A stretch of 61,718 nt of DNA, taken from a virus (lineage: Duplodnaviria; Caudoviricetes). The position numbers were made by a program, and so were the translations under genes. The stretch's first letter is position 1; the number at the start of each line of letters is the position of its first letter. Positions 27,421-36,264 of the stretch are shown here, piece after piece. A model generated the notes under the pieces. The model had not been told where the DNA came from, did no database searches, and was given only the letters and a program-made list of their open reading frames with translations. The stretch is taken from positions 1 through 61,718 of IMG/VR virus record IMGVR_UViG_3300021180_000012; one strand, 5' to 3'.

Positions 27421-27639
27421 CTAGCGAGAGCAGAGACAGGTGTAGCAGATGCCCTCGCTTTCATGCATTCTATCAGCCTCTGAGTACGTATCCATTTCTA
27501 GGCCACATAACGTCCGGTTTGGGTCCTCGACTTTGAACACATGCCATTCGTCCCAACCCGCAGGCTTTGCGAACCTCTTGCCTATAGGTGCGATGAGGAG
27601 TTCGTCGGCCTCATGCAGCGCATCGTTTTCGCGTGGCAT
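27421..27639 (-). CDS. Small Zn-binding protein
   Basis: WH...TLCG...CxxC; GAGGGAGG RBS. Confidence 0.7.
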   Translation of the reverse strand: MPRENDALHEADELLIAPIGKRFAKPAGWDEWHVFKVEDPNRTLCGLEMDTYSEADRMHESEGICYTCLCSR

Positions 27640-28763
27640 TAGTCGTCACCTCCCTCATCGTTTACCAGTTCGGGGAATACGTGCAGACGTTTGGTGTAGA
27701 GCTTGTGGGCGTCGTGCGAGCCACCGCAGATCGGCAGGAACTCACAGGGTTTGTTCCACTTCATACACGCACCGGAGTTGCGGTACGATACATAGCCCCC
27801 GAGAGACCATTCGTACATCCGCTCAATCTGGTAGTCGAGATCACGGTCTCTGTACGTCTGTATCTCAGCCTGTGACACGGAGATCTGGTTGCGACAGAAG
27901 TATTCGTCGCCCTTTTCCTCCATGTGCTTGTCGACACGCTCTAGGTACTGAGCTAGGCTTTCGGGCTTCTTGTAGTAAGTACCTGTGAACTTTTGCCCAG
28001 GTCGCTTGATGAGGTTGTAGTTGAAGCCCTCGGGCCACTCACCATAGTTGTGCAGGACACAGAGGCTGTAGATCATCATCTGCAAGTCGAATGCCATCTT
28101 CTCCGCTAGGTAGAAGTCCTCGATCTGCGATTTGGTCTTATGGTCTGTGATCCATAGCTTACCGTTGATGCGCTCGATCAAGTCGATCTTACACCATATG
28201 AGTATCGTCACCCCATTGCGCAGTTTGTAGGGGAACGACAGTACCTTCTCAACGGCTATGATCTGTCTCTTGGTATCGCGCACAGCCCACCGCTTGAAGT
28301 ATCGTTTGATGACAACCGCCGAAAGACCGGCTGTCACCTCCATAGCCTGTTCCTCGGCAGGGTCGAGATCCTTAGACTTCGCGGCTTTGGCATCGAGCGC
28401 CTTGTTTGCCAGCAGTGACCAATACTTAATCTCTTGCCCAGAGAGAACAGTCTTTGAGAGTTCCCCTACTCTCTGGGAGTAAGTCTTATCAAGTACGTCA
28501 TGGAAGTAGCTGCCAAACTCAAGAGGTCGATCATGGCTTGCTCCGTTCCGCTCCAACCCCTGCATGAGCCGTAGCTCGGCTTTCTTCGGGCAGAGGTTGA
28601 ACAGCCCTAGACCGGACTGCGTTATGCCGTCGCGCTCCATCATCCAAAAATGCTCATCGGAGATCCGGGTTGGTCCCTTCGAAGGTTTTAGCTTCGATAT
28701 GCTGTCAAGGGCTGTCATTACGGCTTGATTAGGCTTTGTACCAGCCCGTACACGTATCTTCAT
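27639..28763 (-). CDS. PD-(D/E)XK (RecB/Cas4-like) exonuclease
   Basis: FGSYFH, KIDL, TDHKT, QMMIY, C-terminal Cys cluster. Confidence 0.9.
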   Translation of the reverse strand: MKIRVRAGTKPNQAVMTALDSISKLKPSKGPTRISDEHFWMMERDGITQSGLGLFNLCPKKAELRLMQGLERNGASHDRPLEFGSYFHDVLDKTYSQRVGELSKTVLSGQEIKYWSLLANKALDAKAAKSKDLDPAEEQAMEVTAGLSAVVIKRYFKRWAVRDTKRQIIAVEKVLSFPYKLRNGVTILIWCKIDLIERINGKLWITDHKTKSQIEDFYLAEKMAFDLQMMIYSLCVLHNYGEWPEGFNYNLIKRPGQKFTGTYYKKPESLAQYLERVDKHMEEKGDEYFCRNQISVSQAEIQTYRDRDLDYQIERMYEWSLGGYVSYRNSGACMKWNKPCEFLPICGGSHDAHKLYTKRLHVFPELVNDEGGDD

Positions 28764-28824
28764 AGGGTTTGTTACCTTCCGACTGCGCCATACAGCTATG
28801 TCGCCGGGTGTTAACCTGCGCAGT

Positions 28825-29553
28825 CTAGTAAAGAGCTATTGATTGGTCGTACCTAAAGTTCTCCCAATACTGAGCGAATAGCCTGTCGATGCGCCGTGCG
28901 TAGTCCATGTGTTGTGCAGAACCTTCGCCTGTGCGCAGAACGAACGACGGGTGTTTTATTGTCTCATGGTGCACAACCATGCTGCCGAGTTCCGGCATTA
29001 CAGCCACCGGCCAAAAGCTATCAGCTACTCTTCCCACACTTACCACAGTGTTCGGGTTCAACACCTTAATAGTGTCTGTTAGTCTGGGTAGGCAGTTGTA
29101 GACCTCCGATGTCGCCGGTTCCCGATTGCCCGGTGCCAACGGTTTGCTCTTGTATGGTCGGCAAGCAAGCAGGTTGAGCAGAGCTATCGTGATACGCCCA
29201 TAGCCTCTGCAAGCCCAACAAGGCTCGCTAACTGTGCCGTCCTCTAGCCCCATGCCATCGCAGAACGGACAGGCATTATGGGGCGCGGCGTCTATCAGGT
29301 CTCGCAGAAGTTTCCCGGCAGGACCACAGAACGGGTAGCCTAACGTGTCCTCAGTCTCGCCGGGACCTTCGCCTATCATCACCATGTCAACATGCGAGCC
29401 GCCAAACGCAAGCACTGAGCGTGGCACAGTGTCTATGAACACATGATTGCGTACATGAGCGCCCATAACGCACTTTGTACACCCGCGCCATTGTGCATTG
29501 ATAGTTGGGATGGTCACAGGGTTTGAGGCTCGCTTGATCCTTATGGGGATCAT
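28825..29553 (-). CDS. Uracil-DNA glycosylase family 4 with an inserted CxxCxGxG Zn finger; start MIPIRIK
   Basis: CxxC, IGEGPG, PFCGPAG, CRP...NREP, HPS; GGAGG RBS and ATGA overlap. Confidence 0.88.
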   Translation of the reverse strand: MIPIRIKRASNPVTIPTINAQWRGCTKCVMGAHVRNHVFIDTVPRSVLAFGGSHVDMVMIGEGPGETEDTLGYPFCGPAGKLLRDLIDAAPHNACPFCDGMGLEDGTVSEPCWACRGYGRITIALLNLLACRPYKSKPLAPGNREPATSEVYNCLPRLTDTIKVLNPNTVVSVGRVADSFWPVAVMPELGSMVVHHETIKHPSFVLRTGEGSAQHMDYARRIDRLFAQYWENFRYDQSIALY

Positions 29554-29786
29554 ACAGTTTGCGCCTCCGTACGCCATGCGATCGGCTGACCGCTCTTGTG
29601 TAGTACGTAGACTTTGTGACCTGTGTCTAGGATTATCCACGCACCTTGACCGGACTTCGACAACAGGAAGTCAACCGCTGTTGCCGTTTCGGAACTTCCG
29701 TCTCGTATAGGGTACAGTTTGCCCAACCTCGTTGCCGCTACCTCGTGGGCCGGTCTGCGAGTATGAAGCTTTTTCTTTACTGTCAT
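29550..29786 (-). CDS. Hypothetical protein
   Basis: GGAG RBS. Confidence 0.65.
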   Translation of the reverse strand: MTVKKKLHTRRPAHEVAATRLGKLYPIRDGSSETATAVDFLLSKSGQGAWIILDTGHKVYVLHKSGQPIAWRTEAQTV

Positions 29787-29961
29787 CAGCTTTCTCCATA
29801 TTGTGCTGCCAAGTGTATAGCTGAGTTAGGATACGCTTCGCAGCCGGTGATACGTTCGCTTTGGTTATGGGACCGTGGACGTTAATTGCGTCCCTTAAAG
29901 CGCCTACGATAGCTCGCTCTAGCGATCCCCGATCCGGGCCTTTCTTGTGGTAGTTTGGCAT
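29671..29961 (-). CDS. Hypothetical protein
   Basis: GGGAG RBS. Confidence 0.6.
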   Translation of the reverse strand: MPNYHKKGPDRGSLERAIVGALRDAINVHGPITKANVSPAAKRILTQLYTWQHNMEKADDSKEKASYSQTGPRGSGNEVGQTVPYTRRKFRNGNSG

Positions 29962-30532
29962 TGGCCTTAAACACTCCCTTGATATGCAAACCGATACCCA
30001 CAGCGTCTATGGCATGTGACGAGATAACCGCCTCACCTCCTTTAACACGAACAAGCTTCGGGTCATCTTGTCGACCCTCAGCCTTTAATCCAAGTCGATC
30101 GGCTATCCGGTGGGCAACAACCATCTTACCCATGCCTGTGCCTTTCCACCCGCCAGCCCCGTTGATACGTACAGTAGTGACAGGCACTTGCCACATATAG
30201 AACATGCCAGCTATACGCCCCACAAGGTATGATAGCTTAACGAGATCGCTGTCGTCGCCATCTTTGCCAGTAGCGCATGTCAGACCTTTCTCGTTTTGAA
30301 AGAACGTCGGCAGTTCGATATAAGCCGCTGCTAGCATTCGCACATCGCATATCTCGGAGTAGTTAAGCATGTGCTCCATAGTGATGCAGATGTTCTCGGC
30401 TCGCTGCTGCCAGGTTCCCTTACCTGACCGGATGACCCCCGTTCTCTCTGGGATAAGACTATCATCATTAAACACCGCCCAACCGGTGCCACCGCTGCCC
30501 ATAGATAGGCCGGGGTCCACACATAGTATCAT
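29882..30532 (-). CDS. RuvC-like Holliday junction resolvase
   Basis: ILCVDPG...GWA, IE, WK, HAIDAVGIG. Confidence 0.8.
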   Translation of the reverse strand: MILCVDPGLSMGSGGTGWAVFNDDSLIPERTGVIRSGKGTWQQRAENICITMEHMLNYSEICDVRMLAAAYIELPTFFQNEKGLTCATGKDGDDSDLVKLSYLVGRIAGMFYMWQVPVTTVRINGAGGWKGTGMGKMVVAHRIADRLGLKAEGRQDDPKLVRVKGGEAVISSHAIDAVGIGLHIKGVFKANAKLPQERPGSGIARASYRRRFKGRN

Positions 30533-30535
30533 CCT

Positions 30536-30712
30536 TTACCATCCTTGTTCGTAGTGCTCGTAGTACCGCATAGCCTCTTCTTTGTTGTGCTGGTCGCTCT
30601 TGCACTGTGCGTAGCCTTCGACAGCACCATCTTTAAAGCCCATGCGATAGCCAACGCCGCTAGTTACCGCACAGATGAGCACAATGCAGATTAGTATGAT
30701 GCGGTTTTGCAT
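30536..30712 (-). CDS. 58-aa membrane-anchored peptide (not in the ORF track)
   Basis: TAATG coupling; MQNRIILICIVLICAVTSGVGYRMGFKDG. Confidence 0.55.
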   Translation of the reverse strand: MQNRIILICIVLICAVTSGVGYRMGFKDGAVEGYAQCKSDQHNKEEAMRYYEHYEQGW

Positions 30713-32160
30713 TACACAGCCTTTCTTAGCCCTATCTTAGCACGGCGAGCCAAGAACCTCTCCTTGAACTTCGCCGCGAATAGTTTGCTGTCGAGGATCT
30801 TGTCTCCCACAGCGTCTATGGTGTCCTCGTCTGTTGTGTCCATAGCGGCTAGGAAGATGTACAACAATGCCGCCTTCTTGTCCGGGTGCTCTATGCGATC
30901 CATGAACTGCGCCATGTCTTTGCACGAGTGTATGATCGAGTACAGTATCATAGTATCAGAGATTGATAGGTCAATACCGAACTGAGCAACCTTGATCTGT
31001 ATTAGTATGACACGACCTGGGATCTGCGAGGTACGGAACCAGTTGAACTTGCGAACTCGGCTATCGCGGTTGTCCTCCCCTGTCACCATCTCGCAGACGA
31101 TACCAGCCTTGCGCAGAGCGCCATAGATAGCCTCGACCTCGGCATTGAACCTGAACCCGACAACCACCGGTTGCTCGGATAACTCACCCTTGAGTAAGCT
31201 TATGAGTTCTTTAGTCTTTGAGGCCCATCGGTACGTTGGCTTAGGGTCACAGCCCCCGGCAATCCTTGCACACCACGTACGCTGTACAATGAGATGGTCT
31301 GTCTCGATCTTCTCGAAGCCATCGCCATTGTTGACTACTGCTTCGAACTTATCCTCAGCCGTTGAGTACATCTTGGCTTGCTCAAGGCACATGCGGACGA
31401 ACCGAGTTTCCTTGATCTTCTTGTTGCCGAGACCGGCTTGATGGCGGGTGAGAACAAACGCTCTGCGATGCACGTAGTCTTTGATAGCCTCTTTCATTCC
31501 ACGCTTAGGTTGCCAGCCATTCCATCGAAGCTCGAAGTACCTAGCTCGGTACTCCCAGTACGAGTAGCATCCCATGAAGTGTCCGTCAAGGAACTGGAAT
31601 TGACAGAACAGGTCTAGCGGTCCCTCGGGGGCAGCAAGCCCGGTCAGGATAGCCCGGTGCTCGACATCGCGGAAACCCTTAGTACAAAGCTCAGTGATCT
31701 TCGCTTGCGGGTTCTTAATCGCTGTGCTCTCATCTAGACCAACGAAGTACCACGGCAAGAACGCCAGCCCCGGTGTCTCTCGAAGGCTATCATAGTTTAT
31801 AAGTACGTACGTTATGCCATCCTTGCCGAAAGCCTCATTGACTGTTAGCTCAGTACGCTTGTCGAACGACTTACCGTGTACTACGATGTACCGCTCACCC
31901 TCAAGCCGTAGTTCTTTCTCCCATGCTTCGAGAACGCTGATAGGGGCTACTATCAGACAGGGAAAAGGTCGGCCCCGAAAGGAGCCAACCTCTTTTTCGA
32001 TCCACCGGCGTAGCAGTCGAATGCTCGCCAGTGTCTTACCCAGTCTCATCTCCATCAGACACGCTACATGCTTTAGCAGTTCGCCGTAGGCTATGTAGCT
32101 GTCTTGATGCTTCATGTTCTGCCTATAGTGTCTGTGAACTGCACGCAGCTTGATCTTCAT
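30712..32160 (-). CDS. SNF2-family helicase
   Basis: MRLGKT, LINYD, LDEST, LTG, GIDL, QFMDRIEH. Confidence 0.9.
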   Translation of the reverse strand: MKIKLRAVHRHYRQNMKHQDSYIAYGELLKHVACLMEMRLGKTLASIRLLRRWIEKEVGSFRGRPFPCLIVAPISVLEAWEKELRLEGERYIVVHGKSFDKRTELTVNEAFGKDGITYVLINYDSLRETPGLAFLPWYFVGLDESTAIKNPQAKITELCTKGFRDVEHRAILTGLAAPEGPLDLFCQFQFLDGHFMGCYSYWEYRARYFELRWNGWQPKRGMKEAIKDYVHRRAFVLTRHQAGLGNKKIKETRFVRMCLEQAKMYSTAEDKFEAVVNNGDGFEKIETDHLIVQRTWCARIAGGCDPKPTYRWASKTKELISLLKGELSEQPVVVGFRFNAEVEAIYGALRKAGIVCEMVTGEDNRDSRVRKFNWFRTSQIPGRVILIQIKVAQFGIDLSISDTMILYSIIHSCKDMAQFMDRIEHPDKKAALLYIFLAAMDTTDEDTIDAVGDKILDSKLFAAKFKERFLARRAKIGLRKAV

Positions 32161-32417
32161 GACCTCACCGTCAACAGCATCCAGTTAGTGATGCCATAGT
32201 GAGCGGCCATAGTCTGTGCCAGCCACTCGGGACCGTACTCTGGGTTCTGCGGTGCATCCTTGCCGTACGACATGTCCCATGCCTTAGTAACATCGTTCGT
32301 GAACTTAGCAGGTTTAGCCGCTGGTCCTCTTCGACCCCTGCTAGAGTGAGGGTCAGGCTGGTATGACTGAGCTAAGAAAGCCTGAGAACCGTTCGCTATA
32401 ACAAGCATTACTATCAT
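32157..32417 (-). CDS. Hypothetical protein
   Basis: ATGA coupling at both ends. Confidence 0.65.
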   Translation of the reverse strand: MIVMLVIANGSQAFLAQSYQPDPHSSRGRRGPAAKPAKFTNDVTKAWDMSYGKDAPQNPEYGPEWLAQTMAAHYGITNWMLLTVRS

Positions 32418-32638
32418 AGTTGCTTCCTTCCGTTCGGGTACATCTCGCGGAACTGCCTCAAGGTAAAGTGACCACTAGCAGCCCTTGCGGGTTTCCATCT
32501 CTTAGCCTCGATCGAGGCTACGTACTGTTGGCCGGATGCACGCTGCACATACCGGACCATCGTAACACTAACCCTCAAGTTGTCAGCGTACTTGAAATTG
32601 ACAAGCTGTGTTAACGCGTCTGCATACTTGATAGCCAT
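32414..32638 (-). CDS. Hypothetical protein
   Basis: TAATG coupling. Confidence 0.65.
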   Translation of the reverse strand: MAIKYADALTQLVNFKYADNLRVSVTMVRYVQRASGQQYVASIEAKRWKPARAASGHFTLRQFREMYPNGRKQL

Positions 32639-33354
32639 TAGTAACCCTTGACCTCCTGACGCGCATAGAAGAGGTGACAGGCACAGTCAGACTTGCAGTA
32701 GCCTTGAACCCCTGTGATCGGACAGTACACACCATCCCAGACAGCTTCGCAGTTCATGCACTTGAACCAGCGGCTATCAGGATACTTAGGGTTTGAGGCC
32801 CCGCAAGTTGGGCAGACAGGTACGGGGCGTTCCTCCCAGATGTGCACCCACCTACCTTCATTGTAGACCTCTACTTCCAGAGAATGATCGAAGGCTGTGA
32901 CCTCGAAGTCTATCACGTCCATCATATGCTCTGTCAGCTTATTGTGCATCTCAACGCAAGAGCGTACAAACTCGTTCGCGTCAGTCCTTGTGAAGAAGTG
33001 AGCTAGCCCTTGCTCGGGCATCTCCGACATCGGATACCAGAAGCCCATGCCCAGACAATCGCCCTGGAAGATGCCGAACTCCTTGTGCCGTACCATGTAG
33101 CCGCCAGGGGCTGAGGGTTTGAATACCTCAGCTACCCTGAACCGGATATCACGCGGTCGGTGCTTTAGACACTCCTTGACGAAATCGGGCAGACAATCAA
33201 AGTCCGGTGTCAACCCACCGTCAGGGTCTGCTAATGCCATGACAGCAAACACGTGGTTATCCAGTAGCTTATCCACGAGGCTATCTAGCTCCTGGTCGTA
33301 GCTTGATGCGTGCCTTGACGGTTGTTCGGGTCGTCGAGTTCTTCTTATCAACAT
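32638..33354 (-). CDS. Hypothetical protein with C-terminal Zn ribbon
   Basis: CPTC...CMNC; AAGGA RBS. Confidence 0.75.
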   Translation of the reverse strand: MLIRRTRRPEQPSRHASSYDQELDSLVDKLLDNHVFAVMALADPDGGLTPDFDCLPDFVKECLKHRPRDIRFRVAEVFKPSAPGGYMVRHKEFGIFQGDCLGMGFWYPMSEMPEQGLAHFFTRTDANEFVRSCVEMHNKLTEHMMDVIDFEVTAFDHSLEVEVYNEGRWVHIWEERPVPVCPTCGASNPKYPDSRWFKCMNCEAVWDGVYCPITGVQGYCKSDCACHLFYARQEVKGY

Positions 33355-34231
33355 TGTCCTTGTCTCCCATGATTACCTGAGACCATGCAGCAAGGCCCGA
33401 CACCTCACCTGTACCGTCGCAGCGGTCGCACACGTCGCCGCTAGGCAGTACACATTCACCCTTGCACCGTCCACATACCACAGTGTTGCGGTCGTCCTTC
33501 TTCACTGCTCGAATGCGGACCCGCTTCTCTGGGAGTGATGATACACTGGTCGACTTCTCGCCAGGTTCCTTACCGGTGCCTTCACAATGGCTGCACACAT
33601 CGCTAGCTTTGTCATCGTAGCCACTGCCAAAGCAGATGGTACAGTCGTCGGTCGGGTTCGACTTGACAAGCTCTTTGATGCGGCTAACAGCCTCTAAGCC
33701 TTTTTTGCTTAGACGAAAACGGACTACGTAATCCCCTCTCTCCTTTTGGCGCTCCATGTAGCCCATGAAATGCAGGGCTGATAGCGCCGGATGATTGTCG
33801 ATGCTATGCTCGTATCGAAGGCCCTTTGAGAACACTTCTAGTGAAGCCTCAAGGGCTGTGAACCACCCGTTGCCGATCGACTTCCACGCGACCATGATGT
33901 CAGTCAGGTTCCGTTTGATAGCAGTCTCCGAGAAGTCAAACGAGACGTTGATCTGGTGTGATCGCTCAAGAGTACGAGGTAGCGCGGCGTCGATCTCAGG
34001 GAGTTCTACGTGCATGTGTGGGCCGGGGTGTCCGGTGGGGAGCAGACAGACATCGTACGGACGGCCTTTGCCATCCATGCCGCCATAGCCGCAGATCGGG
34101 CTATTCGGATCTCGTGGGCATGTCTGTATCGAGTGGCGTAGTGCAGCCCGAAACTCGGGCATGTCTACCTTCTTGACCTTTGGGGTCTCAGGCTTTGATG
34201 GCGGGGTTGCCGTCTTGACCCGGATTTTCAT
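33281..34231 (-). CDS. Hypothetical protein with DnaJ-type CxxCxGxG Zn fingers and a possible winged helix; start MKIRVK
   Basis: Four CxxCxG motifs; GGAG RBS and ATGA overlap at 34228-34231. Confidence 0.75.
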   Translation of the reverse strand: MKIRVKTATPPSKPETPKVKKVDMPEFRAALRHSIQTCPRDPNSPICGYGGMDGKGRPYDVCLLPTGHPGPHMHVELPEIDAALPRTLERSHQINVSFDFSETAIKRNLTDIMVAWKSIGNGWFTALEASLEVFSKGLRYEHSIDNHPALSALHFMGYMERQKERGDYVVRFRLSKKGLEAVSRIKELVKSNPTDDCTICFGSGYDDKASDVCSHCEGTGKEPGEKSTSVSSLPEKRVRIRAVKKDDRNTVVCGRCKGECVLPSGDVCDRCDGTGEVSGLAAWSQVIMGDKDNVDKKNSTTRTTVKARIKLRPGAR

Positions 34232-34464
34232 TGGGGTGCTCCGTTGCTTTGCAGTTCGGCTCTCAGTGTTTGTGCTTTGCCCTGCACCTTCAAAAAACAC
34301 GTAATCAAGAAGGTGAGCACAAAGGCTATGAAGATGACGTAGGCAATGATAGTTATGAGTTTGTGAGCACGTTTGTGCTTGCGCATGTTCTCAGTCTCTA
34401 CGCCAACCCAGGCATGACGAACTATGCCATTGTAGCGCCGTGGGTCTTTGTTAAGGTCGTTCAC
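34228..34464 (-). CDS. Small single-pass membrane protein
   Basis: LITIIAYVIFIAFVLTFLITCF. Confidence 0.7.
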   Translation of the reverse strand: MNDLNKDPRRYNGIVRHAWVGVETENMRKHKRAHKLITIIAYVIFIAFVLTFLITCFLKVQGKAQTLRAELQSNGAPQ

Positions 34465-34709
34465 TCCGTTACCTCTCTTTCGTAGACGGTGTTGTACACG
34501 TCGAGAGCGCGGATAGCGCGGCTGTTCTCCATTGTGGCCTTGCGGTCACAATCCTTGCAACGTAGTTCAATGAGCTTGCGCTCGTGCTGTGAATGAGCTT
34601 CGACCCCGTTGCTAAGGTCGATCTCAGTTGAGTAGGTCACAAGGAATGACCACTTCGCAGACCCACAGTTACGACAGGTCAGCGGATCAGTCTCTGCTGT
34701 GTCAGGCAT
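34461..34709 (-). CDS. Zn-ribbon protein
   Basis: CRNC...CKDC. Confidence 0.7.
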   Translation of the reverse strand: MPDTAETDPLTCRNCGSAKWSFLVTYSTEIDLSNGVEAHSQHERKLIELRCKDCDRKATMENSRAIRALDVYNTVYEREVTE

Positions 34710-34711
34710 TG

Positions 34712-35116
34712 CTAACCCTTTCTAAATTGCATCCGAATGGTAACTTTCGTGGTGACAGGGACTGCGAAGTAGGCCCTTATTATGCACCTCGGTCTTGCGT
34801 CGAAGAGTGTGTCGATGTAGGCTTTCGCAGCGTCTAAGCCTCTACGATGGGCAACCGGTTCCCCGGCTCCGTCGTATATGTGGCAGGAATGACCGGCATC
34901 CTTTACAAGCTCCTCGTAGACCCTGATATGGTAGCCCTTGTAGTCCTCTGCCTTGTACGTACGTCGCACAACCAACGGCCTGTTGGACGCACGCAGATCT
35001 GCATAGACCTTCTGAGCTATCTTCGTCTTGGGTCCGTGTGACGGCTTGCCTAGCTGACCGTACAACTTCAACATATCAGACGCTGATACCACCTTAGTAG
35101 CCACTCGAACCTCCAT
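34712..35116 (-). CDS. Basic hypothetical protein, first gene of the middle operon
   Basis: Directly downstream of the promoter at 35142-35171. Confidence 0.75.
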   Translation of the reverse strand: MEVRVATKVVSASDMLKLYGQLGKPSHGPKTKIAQKVYADLRASNRPLVVRRTYKAEDYKGYHIRVYEELVKDAGHSCHIYDGAGEPVAHRRGLDAAKAYIDTLFDARPRCIIRAYFAVPVTTKVTIRMQFRKG

Positions 35117-35141
35117 TTAGACACACTTCCGGCGCTGACCC

Positions 35142-35171
35142 ATTATATCATGAGGTCCGCAGATCTGTCAA
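35142..35171 (-). promoter_or_regulatory. sigma70 promoter of the replication module with UP element
   Basis: TTGACA-18-TATAAT (TGn); AAATATTTTCAAAAATCTTGC upstream, near-identical to the one at 27383. Confidence 0.88.
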
Positions 35172-35196
35172 GAAATATTTTCAAAAATCTTGCCGG

Positions 35197-35316
35197 AATT
35201 AAAACGGCGGTTTCGTACCCCCTAATATGGTTCTTAACTTGTAAATTATTGATAACTATACTCATATGTCAATACCTAAAATACATATTGGGGGGTAGCG
35301 GACCACCGTTTTTATT
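35197..35316. repeat. Inverted-repeat element B, homologous to element A
   Basis: Arms 35197-35228 and 35285-35316; shared core AACTATACTCATATGT. Confidence 0.8.
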
Positions 35317-35334
35317 ATCGAGGCCATTTTCAGC

Positions 35335-35381
35335 AATAAAAAGAGCCGGCTCTCAGACCCTGTGAAGGGCGAAAACCGGCT
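35335..35381 (-). terminator. Rho-independent terminator ending the late operon
   Basis: AGCCGG...CCGGCT stem followed by CTTTTTATT. Confidence 0.8.
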
Positions 35382-35403
35382 GGAAAGGAGTTCAATTGAG
35401 CGG

Positions 35404-35973
35404 CTATTGCTGCTCGGGTTGCGGCGTTTCGGTGCCAGTACCGGTTCCCGATCCTTCCTGGGATGAGGAATTATCCTGCTGAACTGGCGTTGGTGCCGGG
35501 GCGGGAGTGGGCGCGGGAACCGGGGTTGACGGCGTTGGGGCGACTACCGGCGTCGGCTCGGGCTGTGCTTCGACAGGTGCTGCGGTCGGTGTAGCAGAGA
35601 CTGCGATTGTGCTCGGGTCGGTCGGCGGGGCAAGCGGCGGTACCGAGGCCGGGGAGCTTCCATCGGTCGGCGGCGGTGCGAGCGCGGCGGCAAGGTCGAC
35701 AAGTCCGATCGACTTCACGGACACCATATCCGCTTGAACGGTGTCAAAGGTTGCGAGTATCTGGTCCTGTGTGATCTCGCCACTGTTGGCCGCGTTACGC
35801 GTGTCCTCGAAGTGGCCCATCCACTTGTCGAGCATCTGACCGAACGATGCTTGCTGGTTCTGCAAGGCATCCTGACGACGGGCGCACATGACTTTCAGCG
35901 CGGCTATCGTCTGATTGGCGATACCGAGTTGACCTTGTAGCTGGTCGACTGTCGGCGTCTGATCTTGATCCAT
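35404..35973 (-). CDS. Coiled-coil protein with Pro/Thr-rich tail
   Basis: GGAAGG RBS; high GC3. Confidence 0.75.
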   Translation of the reverse strand: MDQDQTPTVDQLQGQLGIANQTIAALKVMCARRQDALQNQQASFGQMLDKWMGHFEDTRNAANSGEITQDQILATFDTVQADMVSVKSIGLVDLAAALAPPPTDGSSPASVPPLAPPTDPSTIAVSATPTAAPVEAQPEPTPVVAPTPSTPVPAPTPAPAPTPVQQDNSSSQEGSGTGTGTETPQPEQQ

Positions 35974-36012
35974 AGACTATATACCATCCTTCCAGAGAAG
36001 TGACAGCCGCTG

Positions 36013-36246
36013 CTACTGCTTTGGCTCGTTGTTGTTGACAGTGATCGGCTGCGGTTGCTGCTGTGACTGAGCAGCGGCGGCGTTGTCGAGGATCTTGTTC
36101 GTAACGTCGCTAGGCGTACTGTCTGCCGCCTTGTTGCTCATTTCTGAGTTGTGCTTTAGAAGCTTGACGAGTGTCACTGCCCCGCCAATGACCAGGCCGA
36201 GTTGGGTAACAAGGTTTGTGATCTGGTCAGGTGTCCACGCTGCCAT
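36013..36246 (-). CDS. Small membrane protein, holin-like
   Basis: One TM segment; position at the end of the tail operon. Confidence 0.55.
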   Translation of the reverse strand: MAAWTPDQITNLVTQLGLVIGGAVTLVKLLKHNSEMSNKAADSTPSDVTNKILDNAAAAQSQQQPQPITVNNNEPKQ

Positions 36247-36264
36247 TGGCCTTTCCTTTCCTGA

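Noticed and set aside
27639-28763. Cas4-like nuclease as evidence of a CRISPR-Cas system
   Set aside because: No array or other cas genes; the context (Sak4-like, SSB) is a standard phage recombination module
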